Positions 8,358-18,338 of a stretch of DNA of 34,824 nt are shown one piece after another. The first letter of the stretch is position 1. Each line of letters starts with the position of its first letter. The notes below the pieces were generated by a model. It was not told where the DNA came from, searched no databases, and saw only the letters and a list, made by a program, of their open reading frames with translations. Made by a program: the position numbers and the translations under genes. Origin of the DNA: Escherichia phage vB_EcoM-720R8; sequence record ON470606; one strand, written 5' to 3'.

Positions 8358-8885
8358 TTATTGCGGCATTTCCGGCCATTCAGGATTTGCAGGATCCACA
8401 CGACTGACCAGAACGCTGTAGCGTTCCCATGCTTCCAGTCGACTGCGCTCCTCATCTGTTGCCATATTCAGCCTGACAGCGCGCTCCAGCGGCAAAATCA
8501 CGGATTCGGTTTCGGAAAGTAACGCGGCCTTTTGTGATTCTGCCTGTTGTTGCTGTTCGTCTGCCGTATAAATCCGCTTAATCACGGCACCATCCTTAAA
8601 CATCCATTTACCTGAGTCATCAGCACGTCGGTTGGCGGTAATATCAGGAACCTCGACAACGCTAAAACCTTCAGGGTTGAGCGTTGAAGCATCTCTGGTG
8701 ATGCCGACAATTATATTATTCTCGTCGTAAACAATCTTTATCGTGTCTTCCTGAAAATTACTTACTTCCTCATACCAGTTTTTTCCCTCTTCGGACCATA
8801 ACCAGATAACATCAAAATTTTTTGTCAGTTGATATTGGGCAACAGTTTTTGGATTACCCGCAGTAATATTTTTTAAATGCTGCAT
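8358..8885 (-). CDS. G: Tail fibre assembly protein G
   Basis: 175-aa ORF immediately downstream of H, ATG at 8883..8885. Confidence 0.85.
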   Translation of the reverse strand: MQHLKNITAGNPKTVAQYQLTKNFDVIWLWSEEGKNWYEEVSNFQEDTIKIVYDENNIIVGITRDASTLNPEGFSVVEVPDITANRRADDSGKWMFKDGAVIKRIYTADEQQQQAESQKAALLSETESVILPLERAVRLNMATDEERSRLEAWERYSVLVSRVDPANPEWPEMPQ

Positions 8886-8888
8886 AAA

Positions 8889-11624
8889 TTACACCTGTGC
8901 GACGTTATACCATGTGCCATTGATGTATTTTTGTATTGGTCTGAATACTGCGGGGTCATCACCATCGACTTCACCGACAATACCAAGCCCGGTAATTACG
9001 TGCCCTGCTTTCTCATACACCACCCCTTTCTGCATGGTCTGGACAACACGTGTGCCAAGTCTGACATCTCTCACATAGCGGGAATCAAAGTTACCGTAAT
9101 CCGAGGGATTAACACGCCCCGTAATATTTATGGTTTTATTACTTTGAACGCTTCCGGAGACAAAGCGCATAACATGGACGCTATTAGCATAAACATCCAG
9201 ATTACCATCACCATTTTGTTTAAAGCCCGTGTCATTATCACCCAAAACAATCGAATTACCGCCAAGAGCACTGGATGTTCCTATACCCAGAGCACCATTC
9301 AATTGACCACCAGATAACGGCAGTGCACCGACATCTCCCGCTGTAGGTTTTCGCGTTGTGGTATAAAACTCAGACCAGTCAGCCTCGAATCCGTAACCGT
9401 CACGAGCAGAACGATAAAAAATACCACCGTTCTTATAATTAACGCGAAACTGGGCGGCGGGACAACTTCCTTCACCGATATTAAAATGAAGAATTAACGT
9501 TGATGCCCCACCAATAGTTGCGTTATAGGCTCCGCTACTCCAGTTCCATCCAACGGCTTTATCATTCGCAACGGTGTCTCCTGTTTTTCCTGAAGCAAAT
9601 GCACCAATATTTTTCGGCGTCAGGTTAATATCTGATGTTCCATCAAACGAAACGTTATTAATTTTACGGGCTGTTTTCAGCTTTGTTGCTGTCGCCGCAT
9701 TGCCGGACAGTTCACCAGAAAGGCCAGCACTGAATGTCTGTTTCGCGCCCCATGTCTGGGCTTCGTCAATGATTGGTACTCGTCTTGTTGTGATCGTGCG
9801 GCTTCCCGGATTTCCTGAAATGCGCACCATAAAAAAGCGGTAGTTGGCTTTACTTACAGTGCTGCGCCATACATGCATTGAGCGCCCCGTACCGGAATCA
9901 TCACTCGGACCAACTGCGATGTTTATCAGGTTGCCATCAATGACGCCCCAGTCCATACCGTCGGGAATGTTGGTCATATTATCAAGCCGAACGGTTATCA
10001 GACTGCCCGGCACAAAATCGTAGGTCTGCCAGTCCAGAATGGATAGTTTTGCCACTGCGCCACCGATGCCCAGATTCAGAGGCAACGAAAAGGAGTTATA
10101 TACTTCTCGCCATTCGGTCCATTTGCTCCCGGCGTAGACGCGCTCAAAAGTGCGTCCCTGTGTGGTTTCTGATTTCCCTGTGGTTGTGTAACGCTGCCAG
10201 ACAGACACACCATCAAAACGTCTGATTACTTCCAGTATCCCAAGTAGTGTCGCGCCAACGGTGTCCAGCATCGGACCGTTTGTTGCCTTTCCTGTAACAC
10301 TGTAAATACCGGGGTCGGTTAGAACATTTAAATCACCTTCGTAATAACGACTCTCTGACTGATGACCGACTCTTAACCACGGTTCCCACTGCGGATTTGA
10401 TGCATCCCAGCTTGCCGCAAGGCAGCGGACATACATATTTCCACTGCGAGTGGTATAACGTTGCGTTCTTCCATAATTCCCGCCTTCGAGGATCTCAAGC
10501 GTCCCCTGAGCAAAGCCGCCTTCCTCTGGATAATTGCGTTCATATGAAGCTATAGCCGAACTACTGTTACGCCATAAACCAAGATGTTCGGCGGCTCCAA
10601 GCGTATTCAGGTCTATAGTCGTACTCAAAGGGCGGGTAGCTGATTGAGTGTGACGCCATACGCCCCACGGACCATCAGTGCCATTCCACTTATTGGCGAG
10701 TTTACGCATGTATACATTGCCGTCTCTCGTGATAAAGCGTTGCGTGCCTGCAAAATTGCCGGCAGCAAAAACCTCAAGCACACCGACAGCATTATCTTCC
10801 GGGAAATTTTTCTCCAGTGTTGCGTTAGTTGAGGTAGCTTTAGACCAGATCCCCAGATAAGCCTTAACTGGACCAAATGTATTCAGATCAGCATCAACCG
10901 GCATTTCGCCGTTGTTTTTCATAAACGTCAGGCTGGTAACGCCAACATTGTCCAGAAAAGCTGATTTATCCTGGATATCTGCACCATTCTGATTTTTCGC
11001 CAGACGTGAATTTGCGTTGTCATTCGCAGCCTTGACCGCTTTTGGCGTTGCCGCCAGTTTTTCACTGGTGCTGTTTGTTGCGCTGCTTAACTGGGTAAAA
11101 CCTTTTTCTGTCAGCGTGGCGTCAGGATGGCGGCGGGACTGCTCATGTTCTGCGATTTTGTCATCGACGTAATCCTGCGTCGCCATCACTGTGCTGGCAT
11201 CAATACTCAGCTCCACAGACGCCACGTTACTGACAATAATAACCATGCGGCAGGTCTGCGCACGCCCGGAGCCTTCAGCGAGTTCAGGCTTATAGCTTTC
11301 TGCCATGTTGGCGACCGCAATCAGTGTTCCGGCATCGTCATACAGACCAAGCTCACGCATCCAGAATCCGCCCACTTCGGGCGGTACAACCAGTTCAGCC
11401 ACGATATAGTTTTTATTCTTGTTATCCACGCTGACTTTATTCAGAGCGTGACGCCAGACCTCATGCACCAGTTTCGTCTGACCGGCATCCGGCACCGGCA
11501 ATTTGCCATTACCGTCACCCACGGCCATTGCAGACAGGGTTACTTTTTTCCCGCCGGGGACAGTGGCGGCTGCCAGCTTTGCGGCTCCGGCAGTAGTGAT
11601 AACGGTTTTAAATTTCGTGCTCAT
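8889..11624 (-). CDS. H: Tail fibre protein H (911 aa, longer than the P2 H I recall; mosaic distal part)
   Basis: N-terminus MSTKFKTVITTAGAAKLAAA...; Gly/Ser/Thr-rich repeats typical of fibres; 3' half noticeably more AT-rich than the 5' part. Confidence 0.85.
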   Translation of the reverse strand: MSTKFKTVITTAGAAKLAAATVPGGKKVTLSAMAVGDGNGKLPVPDAGQTKLVHEVWRHALNKVSVDNKNKNYIVAELVVPPEVGGFWMRELGLYDDAGTLIAVANMAESYKPELAEGSGRAQTCRMVIIVSNVASVELSIDASTVMATQDYVDDKIAEHEQSRRHPDATLTEKGFTQLSSATNSTSEKLAATPKAVKAANDNANSRLAKNQNGADIQDKSAFLDNVGVTSLTFMKNNGEMPVDADLNTFGPVKAYLGIWSKATSTNATLEKNFPEDNAVGVLEVFAAGNFAGTQRFITRDGNVYMRKLANKWNGTDGPWGVWRHTQSATRPLSTTIDLNTLGAAEHLGLWRNSSSAIASYERNYPEEGGFAQGTLEILEGGNYGRTQRYTTRSGNMYVRCLAASWDASNPQWEPWLRVGHQSESRYYEGDLNVLTDPGIYSVTGKATNGPMLDTVGATLLGILEVIRRFDGVSVWQRYTTTGKSETTQGRTFERVYAGSKWTEWREVYNSFSLPLNLGIGGAVAKLSILDWQTYDFVPGSLITVRLDNMTNIPDGMDWGVIDGNLINIAVGPSDDSGTGRSMHVWRSTVSKANYRFFMVRISGNPGSRTITTRRVPIIDEAQTWGAKQTFSAGLSGELSGNAATATKLKTARKINNVSFDGTSDINLTPKNIGAFASGKTGDTVANDKAVGWNWSSGAYNATIGGASTLILHFNIGEGSCPAAQFRVNYKNGGIFYRSARDGYGFEADWSEFYTTTRKPTAGDVGALPLSGGQLNGALGIGTSSALGGNSIVLGDNDTGFKQNGDGNLDVYANSVHVMRFVSGSVQSNKTINITGRVNPSDYGNFDSRYVRDVRLGTRVVQTMQKGVVYEKAGHVITGLGIVGEVDGDDPAVFRPIQKYINGTWYNVAQV

Positions 11625-11634
11625 TGTTTCTCAC

Positions 11635-12165
11635 TTATCCGGGATAAACAGTAATAACATCACCATCACAGACCACACCGCCCGTATACAGATAGCCGGG
11701 AATGTCCTGGATAATGTTCAGGCCGATAAGGTGGCGACTTGCGGGTTTGGCATCGGCAATCAGCCGTTCCATTTCCAGATACATTTCCTCTGTGATACCG
11801 CTTTCCAGCACGCCGATATCAAGGCGAAAGGTTCCGGCTGGATCGTTTGTCTCCCACCATTCCTTTACGTTAATGAGATAGCCGAGCGGCTCCACCACAC
11901 GCCGGATTGCACCTATAGTGCCCTTATGACAGTGGATTAAATAGGCATCGCGGATAACGGCGCGCTTGGTCGCTTCCGGCCACTTTTCATCCCATCTGTC
12001 GACCGAAAACGCCCACGCCAGCCACGGCAGCAGATTTGCCGGGCAGGTGTCCGGGTTCCACAGCTCACGAATACTGACCGGCGTTTTTTCAATTTCCGCA
12101 CAGGCTTTTGCGGCAGCAACTTCAAGCGGTGATGAGCCGGTCGGCAGCAGTCGCGAATCACTCAT
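11635..12165 (-). CDS. I: Baseplate assembly protein I
   Basis: 176-aa ORF, ATG start, position between J and H as in P2. Confidence 0.85.
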   Translation of the reverse strand: MSDSRLLPTGSSPLEVAAAKACAEIEKTPVSIRELWNPDTCPANLLPWLAWAFSVDRWDEKWPEATKRAVIRDAYLIHCHKGTIGAIRRVVEPLGYLINVKEWWETNDPAGTFRLDIGVLESGITEEMYLEMERLIADAKPASRHLIGLNIIQDIPGYLYTGGVVCDGDVITVYPG

Positions 12166-13066
12166 CCGAGCCTCCGGTCACGACGCTGTATTCGGTACAG
12201 AAAGACGCCTGCGTATTGTTGAGCACGATGTCGGCCAGCGGTGCAGCCAGTTCGACACGCTGCACGCCTTCCACATGCAAAGCGGCATAAATGGCAGACA
12301 GACGGATGTCACGCCCCAGCCGGTGCTGTGCCGTGATGTACGCTTCCAGTTTTTTCACGGCGGCAGCGCGGATGGGTTCGCTTTCGGGACCAGGGTAAAG
12401 GTAAAGCGTGGCGTTTATCTGGTATTCAACGATGGCGGCAGACTGCACGGTCACGCGGTCGGCCACCGGCCTGACGTCCTCGCCATTCAGGGCGTTACGC
12501 ACCACCGCCAGCAGGTCTTCGGATGCGACACCGTTATTTTCACGTGACAGCACGGAGATAGTGACGCAGGCCGGAGACGGACTGGTGACAGAGATATCCG
12601 CGACACGCCCGTCAGCACTGCGACCATGATACTGATAGGCTCCCACCGACCCGGCGACGCTTAAGCCCTCAAACGCCTGCTGAATACGCAGACGATAATC
12701 GGTGTCAGACTCCATCACTGCCGGTGTCGGCGGAATGGTCGAATCATCTGCCGGGGTGATAATCAGGCGCGTGGTGTTGTAATTGGCACCAATCACATCA
12801 AGGTCATTACCGGCGGCACAAGCCAGCATCACCGCCCGTGCGGCCTCATTCACACGCTGACGCCAGATAAGCTCACGATAAGCATTTTCCTCCAGAAGTT
12901 TGACGAGAGGCTCGGATTCCAGCGTCAGGGTACGGGCGACCGCCTCCTGCTGGTCTTCCGGGTAAAGGGAAATCAGTGTCGCCTTGCGTTCGGCAAGAAT
13001 GGTTTCAAAGTCCAGCTCCTCGACCACATCCGGTGCGGGTAGCTGGTTCAGGTCGATAATCGGCAT
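12158..13066 (-). CDS. J: Baseplate assembly protein J
   Basis: 302-aa ORF overlapping the I start by 8 nt. Confidence 0.85.
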   Translation of the reverse strand: MPIIDLNQLPAPDVVEELDFETILAERKATLISLYPEDQQEAVARTLTLESEPLVKLLEENAYRELIWRQRVNEAARAVMLACAAGNDLDVIGANYNTTRLIITPADDSTIPPTPAVMESDTDYRLRIQQAFEGLSVAGSVGAYQYHGRSADGRVADISVTSPSPACVTISVLSRENNGVASEDLLAVVRNALNGEDVRPVADRVTVQSAAIVEYQINATLYLYPGPESEPIRAAAVKKLEAYITAQHRLGRDIRLSAIYAALHVEGVQRVELAAPLADIVLNNTQASFCTEYSVVTGGSDE

Positions 13067-13070
13067 GGTT

Positions 13071-13418
13071 TCAACTCACAGGGATGGTTAACGAAAGTGG
13101 CTGGCCGGTGTCGTTGTGCTGGCCGGTTAACGTGACCGTCATTCGCCCGTCAAAACTGCGCTCAGTGGTGACGGATGACAGGGTGACGCGGGGTTCCCAT
13201 TTCAGCACCGCCATGTAACAGGCGACCTTAATCTGCAACTCAAGCGCCGGGGTCTGCGGCTGGTCAATCATTGATGCCAGCAACGAGCCGTAATCACGAC
13301 GCATCACCCGTGAGCCGACCGGTGTGCGCAGGATATCGCCGATACTCTGGCTGATATGCTCAAGGTCAGTGACCGTCAGGCCATCACTGCGATTCATTCC
13401 GAGATAACGCGCAGTCAT
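13071..13418 (-). CDS. W: Baseplate protein W
   Basis: 115-aa ORF between V and J. Confidence 0.85.
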   Translation of the reverse strand: MTARYLGMNRSDGLTVTDLEHISQSIGDILRTPVGSRVMRRDYGSLLASMIDQPQTPALELQIKVACYMAVLKWEPRVTLSSVTTERSFDGRMTVTLTGQHNDTGQPLSLTIPVS

Positions 13419-14050
13419 AGAGGTCCCCCTGTTGTGCCGCCACTGTCGCCGGGGTGTTTATGGGTATGCAGTACCTTACCGTTTGATGAGAGTTCACCGC
13501 CGGTGTGTTCAATGTTGCCGCGCATCGTCCCGCCCTTCTGTACTTCCAGCGTGCCGGTAATCAGCCTGTTGGTGCAGACCACCTCCGGTGTGTCCAGGGT
13601 GACGCGGGTTGATGCTTTCACCATGACCACCGGCACCGTGGCGGTAACAGAATCAGAAGCCGTCACGCTAGCCGTTTTAATTCCGCTTACCGTGAGTGCA
13701 CTGGTTTCAGGTTCATACTCAATCACCGCTCCGTCAGGGAAACGGATATGCAGGGCATCCGCCGACGCAGACGGCGCGGGGTTATCGCCGGAATAAATCC
13801 CCGGCAGAACGAACGCCGTGTCGAGTTCACCGCCCACGGCCAGAATCAGCACCTGCTCCCCCACGGAAGGTGCCCACCATGTGCGCGAACGCCCGGCACG
13901 ACAGGTCAGCCACTGAAGCCAGTCGGTGCACATACCGCCGGTCTGCACACGGCAGCGACCGGCGTTAAGGTCGGTTTCAACGATAATGCCGGTGCGGATC
14001 ATGTTGCGCAGTGCGCGCGCGAGTTCCTGAATATTTGCGAGAGTGTTCAT
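13415..14050 (-). CDS. V: Baseplate spike/assembly protein V
   Basis: 211-aa ORF, ATG at 14048..14050, overlapping the W start by 4 nt. Confidence 0.85.
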   Translation of the reverse strand: MNTLANIQELARALRNMIRTGIIVETDLNAGRCRVQTGGMCTDWLQWLTCRAGRSRTWWAPSVGEQVLILAVGGELDTAFVLPGIYSGDNPAPSASADALHIRFPDGAVIEYEPETSALTVSGIKTASVTASDSVTATVPVVMVKASTRVTLDTPEVVCTNRLITGTLEVQKGGTMRGNIEHTGGELSSNGKVLHTHKHPGDSGGTTGGPL

Positions 14051-14151
14051 AACGGGAAGGATGCCGCCGGGTCATACCGGCGGCAATGTGACGATGAGGT
14101 GTCAGGAATGGCACAACTAACGGTCGAGGTGAGCCAGAATAATCTCTTCAA

Positions 14152-14577
14152 TCATCTGCACATCCTCACCGGTAAAGCCGAGCAGAGGACGCGCCGGATA
14201 ATCAATTTTCTTACCGTCTTTCCGGGTTTCTTCCGACAGACCGAACTGATGCACGCTGGCGANNNNNNNNNNTTCGGTGACTTCCCGCCGTAAAACTCCA
14301 TTGATGCCTGTTCCGGGCTGGCGCGGATATGCAAAAAACGACTGGTGATAAGTTTCGCAAACATTTTTCGCTTAACACGACCGGTCTTTTTTCTGGCGCT
14401 CTGCTGCTGGCGTGGCGCGTAGGGTGTGCCGTCCGGGGCTTTCTGAGCCATCACCCGACGCTGCTGACTCTGCCGCAGACGTTTCGCCAGTTCGGCACTC
14501 AGTCGCCGACGCCCTGACGGTGACAGCGACTCAATCAGTCCGGTCAGCCGGTCTTCAAAACGCTTAAACTCATTCAT
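14152..14577 (-). CDS. S: Tail completion protein S (3' end uncertain because of the N-run at 14262..14271)
   Basis: N-terminal part MNEFKRFEDRLTGLIESLSP...; the frame after the 10-N gap cannot be verified, so the true stop may lie nearer 14125. Confidence 0.65.
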   Translation of the reverse strand: MNEFKRFEDRLTGLIESLSPSGRRRLSAELAKRLRQSQQRRVMAQKAPDGTPYAPRQQQSARKKTGRVKRKMFAKLITSRFLHIRASPEQASMEFYGGKSPXXXXSPACISSVCRKKPGKTVRKLIIRRVLCSALPVRMCR

Positions 14578-15037
14578 CCCACTTACTCACCAGTTCGCCA
14601 TTGATATAAAGCTCCATCGGGCGGGTGACCGGCTCCGGCGGCGGGGGTTCCGGGATATTCTTCACATGCAGCGCGCCGTCAACCTCACTGACCAGCGTGC
14701 GCTCGGTCAGCATCAGGCTGATGCTGATATCAAAGCTGCTGTCATTGTTGATGTCTGCATAAAACGTAAAGCCCTTTTTCTGGCCTGCGTCGGTGGTCAT
14801 GATGTCGGGCTGATTTTCCCGCAGCCACGCCAGCACCGGCACAATGAGCAGGTCAAAATCACCGGTAAAGTCGGTCACAATAACATTGAGCGTGTAACGC
14901 TTTTCGAATGACAACGACGCCGCCAGTGTGGAGGCAATACTCCCGTTATCCACGAATATCCGCAGCATATCGGGGTTAGTTTTCAGCACCGTGACGGCAT
15001 CAGTCAGCGCCCTGCGCAGGCTGTCGGGTTTGAGCAT
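14570..15037 (-). CDS. R: Tail completion protein R
   Basis: 155-aa ORF, ATG at 15035..15037, stop overlapping the S start. Confidence 0.85.
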   Translation of the reverse strand: MLKPDSLRRALTDAVTVLKTNPDMLRIFVDNGSIASTLAASLSFEKRYTLNVIVTDFTGDFDLLIVPVLAWLRENQPDIMTTDAGQKKGFTFYADINNDSSFDISISLMLTERTLVSEVDGALHVKNIPEPPPPEPVTRPMELYINGELVSKWDE

Positions 15038-15290
15038 CGTTTTCGTCCTGACAGTGTTTAATCATTTTTACCTGGCTGGCACAGCGTGCCAGCGCGTTCT
15101 CAAGCTGCCGGATATCGGCACTTAAATCGCCGTTCGTCTCCGGGTCACTGCCCGGCATCGGGCAAAGACTCACTTTCGGGCAGGCGTTGTGGACAATCAC
15201 TGGCGTCGGTGCAGGCGGGGCGCTGGTGCAACCGGCGCACAGCATCAGGCAGGTCAGCACCGTACCAGCGGCGAAAATCCTCGTTTTCAT
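15000..15290 (-). CDS. lysC: LysC, outer-membrane lipoprotein spanin (Rz1-like), starting inside lysB in another frame
   Basis: Internal ATG at 15288..15290 gives MKTRIFAAGTVLTCLMLCAGCTS, a lipoprotein signal with lipobox Cys, followed by a Pro-rich segment; 96 aa. Confidence 0.75.
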   Translation of the reverse strand: MKTRIFAAGTVLTCLMLCAGCTSAPPAPTPVIVHNACPKVSLCPMPGSDPETNGDLSADIRQLENALARCASQVKMIKHCQDENDAQTRQPAQGAD

Positions 15291-15570
15291 TAAGTAACCT
15301 CGTGATGGTTTTCTCGCGCTGTGCTTCACGCTTCGCAGCGTTCTCCAGCTCCTGACGCAGTGCCACCTGCGCCAGCTCGTTTTTGTCTGCCCTGGTGAGC
15401 GCAACATGAAGCTGATTTTTCAGCATGGTGATGGTCGCCTGCTGCTCGCTGGCTACGTTGTTTGCCCTGTCCAGTGAGGTGCGCAGGCTGGCGTTTTTAT
15501 GCTTCGCCAGAAACAGACCCGCCACCGCCAGCGATAACAACACAACCATCACAATCATCAGCTTTGACAT
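15145..15570 (-). CDS. lysB: LysB, inner-membrane spanin (Rz-like)
   Basis: 141-aa ORF with an N-terminal transmembrane helix (MSKLMIVMVVLLSLAVAGLFLA) then a charged coiled-coil-like region. Confidence 0.8.
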   Translation of the reverse strand: MSKLMIVMVVLLSLAVAGLFLAKHKNASLRTSLDRANNVASEQQATITMLKNQLHVALTRADKNELAQVALRQELENAAKREAQREKTITRLLNENEDFRRWYGADLPDAVRRLHQRPACTDASDCPQRLPESESLPDAGQ

Positions 15571-15983
15571 GGTTCCCGCCCCTCAAAACGCTGACGGCAG
15601 GCCGTACGTATCAGCCGGAAAAACAGCGACGCCACAAGATAAATCAGCGCGGTAAAAATCCACCCGGCAGCGACCAGCGAGATAAACGTCACCACCATCA
15701 CCACCAGACCCACCGCCCGTCTGCACCACGGCACCGGCAGCAAAATCAGCGACGTGACAATCTTCACGGCCAGCGATTCCGGCGGCAGCTCCCGTCCGTA
15801 GCGTTCCAGTACATACTCCGTGGCATACACGCCGACACCGCCGGCAACCACACAGATAACCGTCGCCAGAATCGCCCAGGCGACGACAAAATTGACGGCC
15901 ACGCTCTGCGGGTAAATCAGGGACAGTGCCAGCATCAGCGCCAGCGACACGTTCAGCATCAGTGAAAGGGATAATTTCTTCAT
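15558..15983 (-). CDS. lysA: LysA, membrane lysis-timing protein
   Basis: 141-aa ORF with several hydrophobic helices, between K and lysB. Confidence 0.8.
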   Translation of the reverse strand: MKKLSLSLMLNVSLALMLALSLIYPQSVAVNFVVAWAILATVICVVAGGVGVYATEYVLERYGRELPPESLAVKIVTSLILLPVPWCRRAVGLVVMVVTFISLVAAGWIFTALIYLVASLFFRLIRTACRQRFEGREPCQS

Positions 15984-15997
15984 GGTGTTTACTCCGT

Positions 15998-16495
15998 TTA
16001 AGCCGGTACGCCGCCAGCGGTACGCCAGACGGTGACCAGTTTTTCCAGTGAATGCTCACGCTGACCGTAACCGGCTCCCGGCAGGGACGCCCAGATATTG
16101 CGACAGCGTGAAATGGCGCGCTCAATACGTCCCGCCCGGATGTCATCCAGCGCACCGCGTTCGCGGATCAACTGAATGGCGAGTCTGTCCTGTGACAACG
16201 GACTGAAATCCGGCAGGGCAAGCTGTTTGCGGTAATGCGGCCAGAACAGGTAAAGCTGCTGATAGCGACCGGAGGCCGTGGATTTTTCACCGCGACGGTT
16301 AAACACCTTCGCCGGTCGGCCATGCGCGAACGGGTGGTCACTGTAGTCGGTGAAAATTTCCGGCTTCCCGTCCAGTCCGGTGACTATCACGTCATAGCCC
16401 CGGTTTTTCGTCAGCGGATGATTCGCCGTCCCTTCGGACACGGCCAGCATGTCGAGAAAGGCGGCGATATTCTGATGCGTGTTAATTACCGGCAT
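15998..16495 (-). CDS. K: Endolysin K (lysozyme-type)
   Basis: 165-aa ORF immediately after the holin gene; ATG at 16493..16495. Confidence 0.85.
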   Translation of the reverse strand: MPVINTHQNIAAFLDMLAVSEGTANHPLTKNRGYDVIVTGLDGKPEIFTDYSDHPFAHGRPAKVFNRRGEKSTASGRYQQLYLFWPHYRKQLALPDFSPLSQDRLAIQLIRERGALDDIRAGRIERAISRCRNIWASLPGAGYGQREHSLEKLVTVWRTAGGVPA

Positions 16496-16776
16496 TACGG
16501 TTTCCCCCTGCCCTTAAAGCGGCGCTGAATGGCAATCTCAATCACCTGATAACCGGCGATACCCAGCATGGAGCCGATGCCGCACACCGCAGGCAGTGAC
16601 AGGTCAGGAAACTGCACCAGAACAACACCGGCAACCATCGAGACAAAACCACCGAGCAACATGCGCCCGATAAACAGACGCGGGGTGATGGGTTCACCAC
16701 CGGCAAGCACCTTGCCGACAACAATCAGCACCCCAATCATGAAAAGCGACAGGACGCTTTTTTCTTCTGCTGTCAT
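16495..16776 (-). CDS. Y: Holin Y
   Basis: 93-aa ORF with hydrophobic transmembrane segments and a basic C-terminus (RRFKGRGKP). Confidence 0.85.
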   Translation of the reverse strand: MTAEEKSVLSLFMIGVLIVVGKVLAGGEPITPRLFIGRMLLGGFVSMVAGVVLVQFPDLSLPAVCGIGSMLGIAGYQVIEIAIQRRFKGRGKP

Positions 16777-16779
16777 GCG

Positions 16780-16983
16780 TTACTCCCACAGATTGACAGT
16801 TTCAGCCACGGGCGCGGTCTGAACGTCGGGCAGTTCGACGGCGGTGCCGTGTGGCAGCACCGCACCCAGTTCAGCCAGTCCCGGATTTGCGGCGAGCACG
16901 GTCTCAACCACGCCCTCAGTGCGCCCGTAATACCGGACACAAATGGCGTCGAGCGTGTCGCCCTGTAGCGCAAAGGTCTTCAT
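16780..16983 (-). CDS. X: Tail protein X
   Basis: 67-aa product from the internal ATG (MKTFALQGDTLDAICVRYYG...); the ORF-track entry begins 23 codons earlier. Confidence 0.75.
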   Translation of the reverse strand: MKTFALQGDTLDAICVRYYGRTEGVVETVLAANPGLAELGAVLPHGTAVELPDVQTAPVAETVNLWE

Positions 16984-17492
16984 CAGATTTGACTCACGAT
17001 GCAGCGCGGCTTGTCCTGGATACGCGCCACCGCCCAGCGCATATCCCGCCAAAGTTCATCAATGGTGCTGTCAATGCTGTCAGCCTTCTTGTCGCCTTTC
17101 GCACTGGCATCCACGCCGCGATAACGCTCATAAAGCGACGCGGTCGCCATCGCACACACGGCGCGCTCGTAGTAAAAAACTTTGATGCTTTCACCGTCGA
17201 TGTCGTCCGCCGGAACGTCCGCCAGACGCGTAAAACCGGCGGCAATTTTCTGTTCGCGGTACTCGTACAGCTCCGCATTCGTCTCCGCCATGCCTGACTT
17301 GATGGCCTCACGCAGACGGGCGGGGGCGACGGTCTGCTCAAGGCGCATACGTTCCCGGACGCGCTTCGGGTCGATATCGGGAAAAAAGAACGTGTTTTTA
17401 ATCACCGGCTCGTCGCCTGCCGGTTGCGGGATGACCACCGTACCCTCACCGGACACGGGAGCCTCCTTTCGCGGAATAATCAGCGTCATCAT
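16983..17492 (-). CDS. L: Capsid completion protein L
   Basis: 169-aa product from the ATG at 17490..17492 (MMTLIIPRKE...); the ORF-track entry begins 20 codons upstream. Confidence 0.8.
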   Translation of the reverse strand: MMTLIIPRKEAPVSGEGTVVIPQPAGDEPVIKNTFFFPDIDPKRVRERMRLEQTVAPARLREAIKSGMAETNAELYEYREQKIAAGFTRLADVPADDIDGESIKVFYYERAVCAMATASLYERYRGVDASAKGDKKADSIDSTIDELWRDMRWAVARIQDKPRCIVSQI

Positions 17493-17591
17493 GACTACCT
17501 CTGAAAAGTCGGGCGGTGGACGCCGGTGCAGTGTCAGGTGATTCACCCTCACTGACCGGCGTGCCGCCCTGGCGCGGGGCGCATTCGGTTG

Positions 17592-18335
17592 TTAACTGGC
17601 TTTCTTTTTCGGGCGTCCACGTTTTGCCGGTGTCACGCTCCGGGTCTTACGCGGGGTACGGGTGGCCGCTTTTGGCTGCGGCTCCGGCTTCGGTTTCAGC
17701 TCCCGCTCCAGTCGTTCAATCTCTTTTTTGACGCCTGCCTGACAGTCGAGCTGTGTCGCACGTTGCAGGTGAGCCAGCGCACCGGCGGCATCACCAGCGT
17801 CACGCAGAAACAGACCGGTGATTTTGTGCAGCTTTGCGCGCACTTCATCAGGCATGTCAGCCGTGGCGGTCAGTTCAAGGGTGTCCGTCAGCAGTCGGGT
17901 ATCCACAGACTCACCGGCAGCGTGGGCACGCATGGCCGCGAGCGCCACCTCCTCGGTGAACATGTACGGCGGGGTGCGGCGGTGTTTACCCGGCATGGTC
18001 AGACCGTACTTCAGGGCATAACGGGCAATCTCCAGCGCACCGGCAATATCGCCGGTATCCAGACGCCACAGCATGACCGTCATCAGAATGTCATCCTGTG
18101 CACCTTTGCCCTGCTCCAGCACGCCGTTCACCCACGGCAACCAGAACGGCAGCAGTTCGCGTTTTTTCGCGGCCTTCAGCTCTTTTGAGTAAATCGCTTT
18201 CAGTGTGCGCTGGTCTGCGGCGAGCTTAACCAGCATCTGCTCATAGACAGTTGCATGTCGCAGCGGGGCGGCTTCCCGCTGCGCGGTCATCGCTGCCGAG
18301 ACCCGCATCATGTGGCGCTGTGCGGGACTCGTCAT
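17592..18335 (-). CDS. M: Terminase small (endonuclease) subunit M
   Basis: 247-aa ORF with a basic C-terminal tail, between N and L. Confidence 0.85.
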   Translation of the reverse strand: MTSPAQRHMMRVSAAMTAQREAAPLRHATVYEQMLVKLAADQRTLKAIYSKELKAAKKRELLPFWLPWVNGVLEQGKGAQDDILMTVMLWRLDTGDIAGALEIARYALKYGLTMPGKHRRTPPYMFTEEVALAAMRAHAAGESVDTRLLTDTLELTATADMPDEVRAKLHKITGLFLRDAGDAAGALAHLQRATQLDCQAGVKKEIERLERELKPKPEPQPKAATRTPRKTRSVTPAKRGRPKKKAS

Positions 18336-18338
18336 CGG

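Noticed and set aside
8129-8455. 108-aa minus-strand ORF spanning the end of G and the G-cargo intergenic region
   Set aside because: It begins inside G in another frame, has no internal ATG, and overlaps the candidate promoter of the cargo gene; most likely spurious.
14087-14115. TGT-N12-like dyads upstream of V as a late promoter
   Set aside because: The only near-matches are centred 45-56 nt upstream of the V start codon, too close for an element expected about 55 nt upstream of the transcription start; the real promoter probably lies within the 3' end of S, which is obscured by the N-run.
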